64,000 nucleotides of DNA from Chiloscyllium plagiosum (Eukaryota), in assembly GCF_004010195.1 (NCBI RefSeq), contig NC_057725.1:57258323-57322322 (forward strand). Direction: 5' to 3'. Made by a program: the position numbers and the translations under genes. This document shows positions 63,257-64,000 of the stretch, piece by piece (the first letter of the stretch is position 1; the number at the start of each line of letters is the position of its first letter). The notes beneath the pieces are model-generated. The model was not told where the DNA came from. It worked only from the letters and a program-made list of their open reading frames with translations, and made no database searches.

Positions 63257-63448
63257 CATGATGTAGAGGTGCCAGTGTTGGACAAAGTTAATAGTCACAT
63301 GACACTAGGTTATAGTCTAACAGGTTTATTGGAAATCACAAGCTTTCATCACAGCCTCTTCACCTGATGAAGGGGCAGCTGTCTGAAAGCTTGTGATTTC
63401 TAATAAACCCGTTGGACTACAACCTGGCGTCATGTGACTTCTGACTTT
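63257..63448 (-). mobile_element. Penelope-type fold-back element, family B variant
   Basis: Tail at left (catgatgtagaggtgccagtgttggac), inverted arms ~63284-63348 vs ~63384-63448; inserted in a Deu SINE; taagtg on both flanks. Confidence 0.8.
63360..63396 (+). ncRNA. Minimal hammerhead motif, core intact, stem II weakened
   Basis: TCAC-CTGATGA-A-ggggcagctgtct-GAAA-GC-TT-GTGA; stem I is 4 bp; AAGCTT palindrome. Confidence 0.55.
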
Positions 63449-64000
63449 CTAAGTGAAATTTTCCAGATGAGAAATTTAAATGAGCTGTCATACTCCACCT
63501 TGTGTTGATATGAGAGATGCTCCAACACTCAAAAATGAGCCTGGGAATTCTTCCTCAAGTCTTGGCCAACATTTATCCCCAAACTCTAGGTCGAGGCAAT
63601 GTCTTCAGTTACCAACCATTAGGCAACATGTTTAATTGTTGCATCTTCTGCTGCTACTCTTTCAGAGATTGGCTGTGTCAGCATAAGCCACAAGTTCAAA
63701 TCTGGACCCTTACTGGGTGGTGAGTCTCAATGTCCCATTTGGCAGAAACAGACGGGACTGAACTGTGGGAGCTTTAAGTGTGCTTGTTTCGCTTGTTGTA
63801 TCTGAACTGCGATTTGTATAACCAGTCAGATATATGAATAATACAATACCATTTTCAGTCTCTGTTAGTAATTTCTTTTTATTCCATTCAATCATGTAAA
63901 ATAATTATGTTACAGCATTTAAGTTAAATCTGCAGAACACCATAACATGGTGAAAACAAATGTCAGTGGTGCTCTGGTTACATTGAAGAGAACTGAAAAG

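Larger units (their letters stand above)
9698..64000 (+). other. KCNQ1: Probable KCNQ1 intron 15 (open-ended in this window)
   Basis: Follows the exon-15 donor. No sequence resembling the last exon (…DQ(R/K)L…ITDMLH…LP(T/S)YEQL) was found by eye downstream. Confidence 0.75.

Noticed and set aside
1-64000. The many 60-145 aa ORFs in the supplied track as genes
   Set aside because: This is vertebrate intronic DNA. The ORFs are either transposon fragments or chance frames (often with non-ATG starts) with no recognisable motifs.

Overview
Eukaryotic, repeat-rich DNA from a cartilaginous fish, most likely a shark: it carries HE1 V-SINEs with their partner HER1/CR1 LINE, Deu-domain SINEs, Rex1/Babar, and Penelope-like elements. 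The window lies inside the potassium channel gene KCNQ1 on the + strand. Two micro-exons missed by the ORF track are present: 6501-6547 (47 nt, LDQSLGKPTMFLSVS) and 9636-9697 (62 nt, [21 protein letters not shown]), matching human exons 14 and 15 in size and phase. I found neither exon 13 nor exon 16, so the remaining ~54 kb appears to be intron 15. The most notable signal is a set of short Penelope-type (PLE) elements in at least two non-coding families, plus a 5'-truncated GIY-YIG-encoding Penelope copy. Most carry a recognisable minimal hammerhead-ribozyme core (CUGANGA-N-stem II-GAAA-palindrome-UH). Several are fold-back hairpins with ~10-16 bp target-site duplications and an unpaired ~33-36 nt tail. 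The two best-preserved cores are antisense to KCNQ1. Also seen: two solo LTRs with TSDs, MITEs, a SINE/LINE pair sharing a 3' end, a 96-bp direct repeat bracketing an exon-like ORF, and several repeat-free blocks that may be conserved enhancers. Repeat family names are by-eye recognition, and boundaries of old repeats are approximate.
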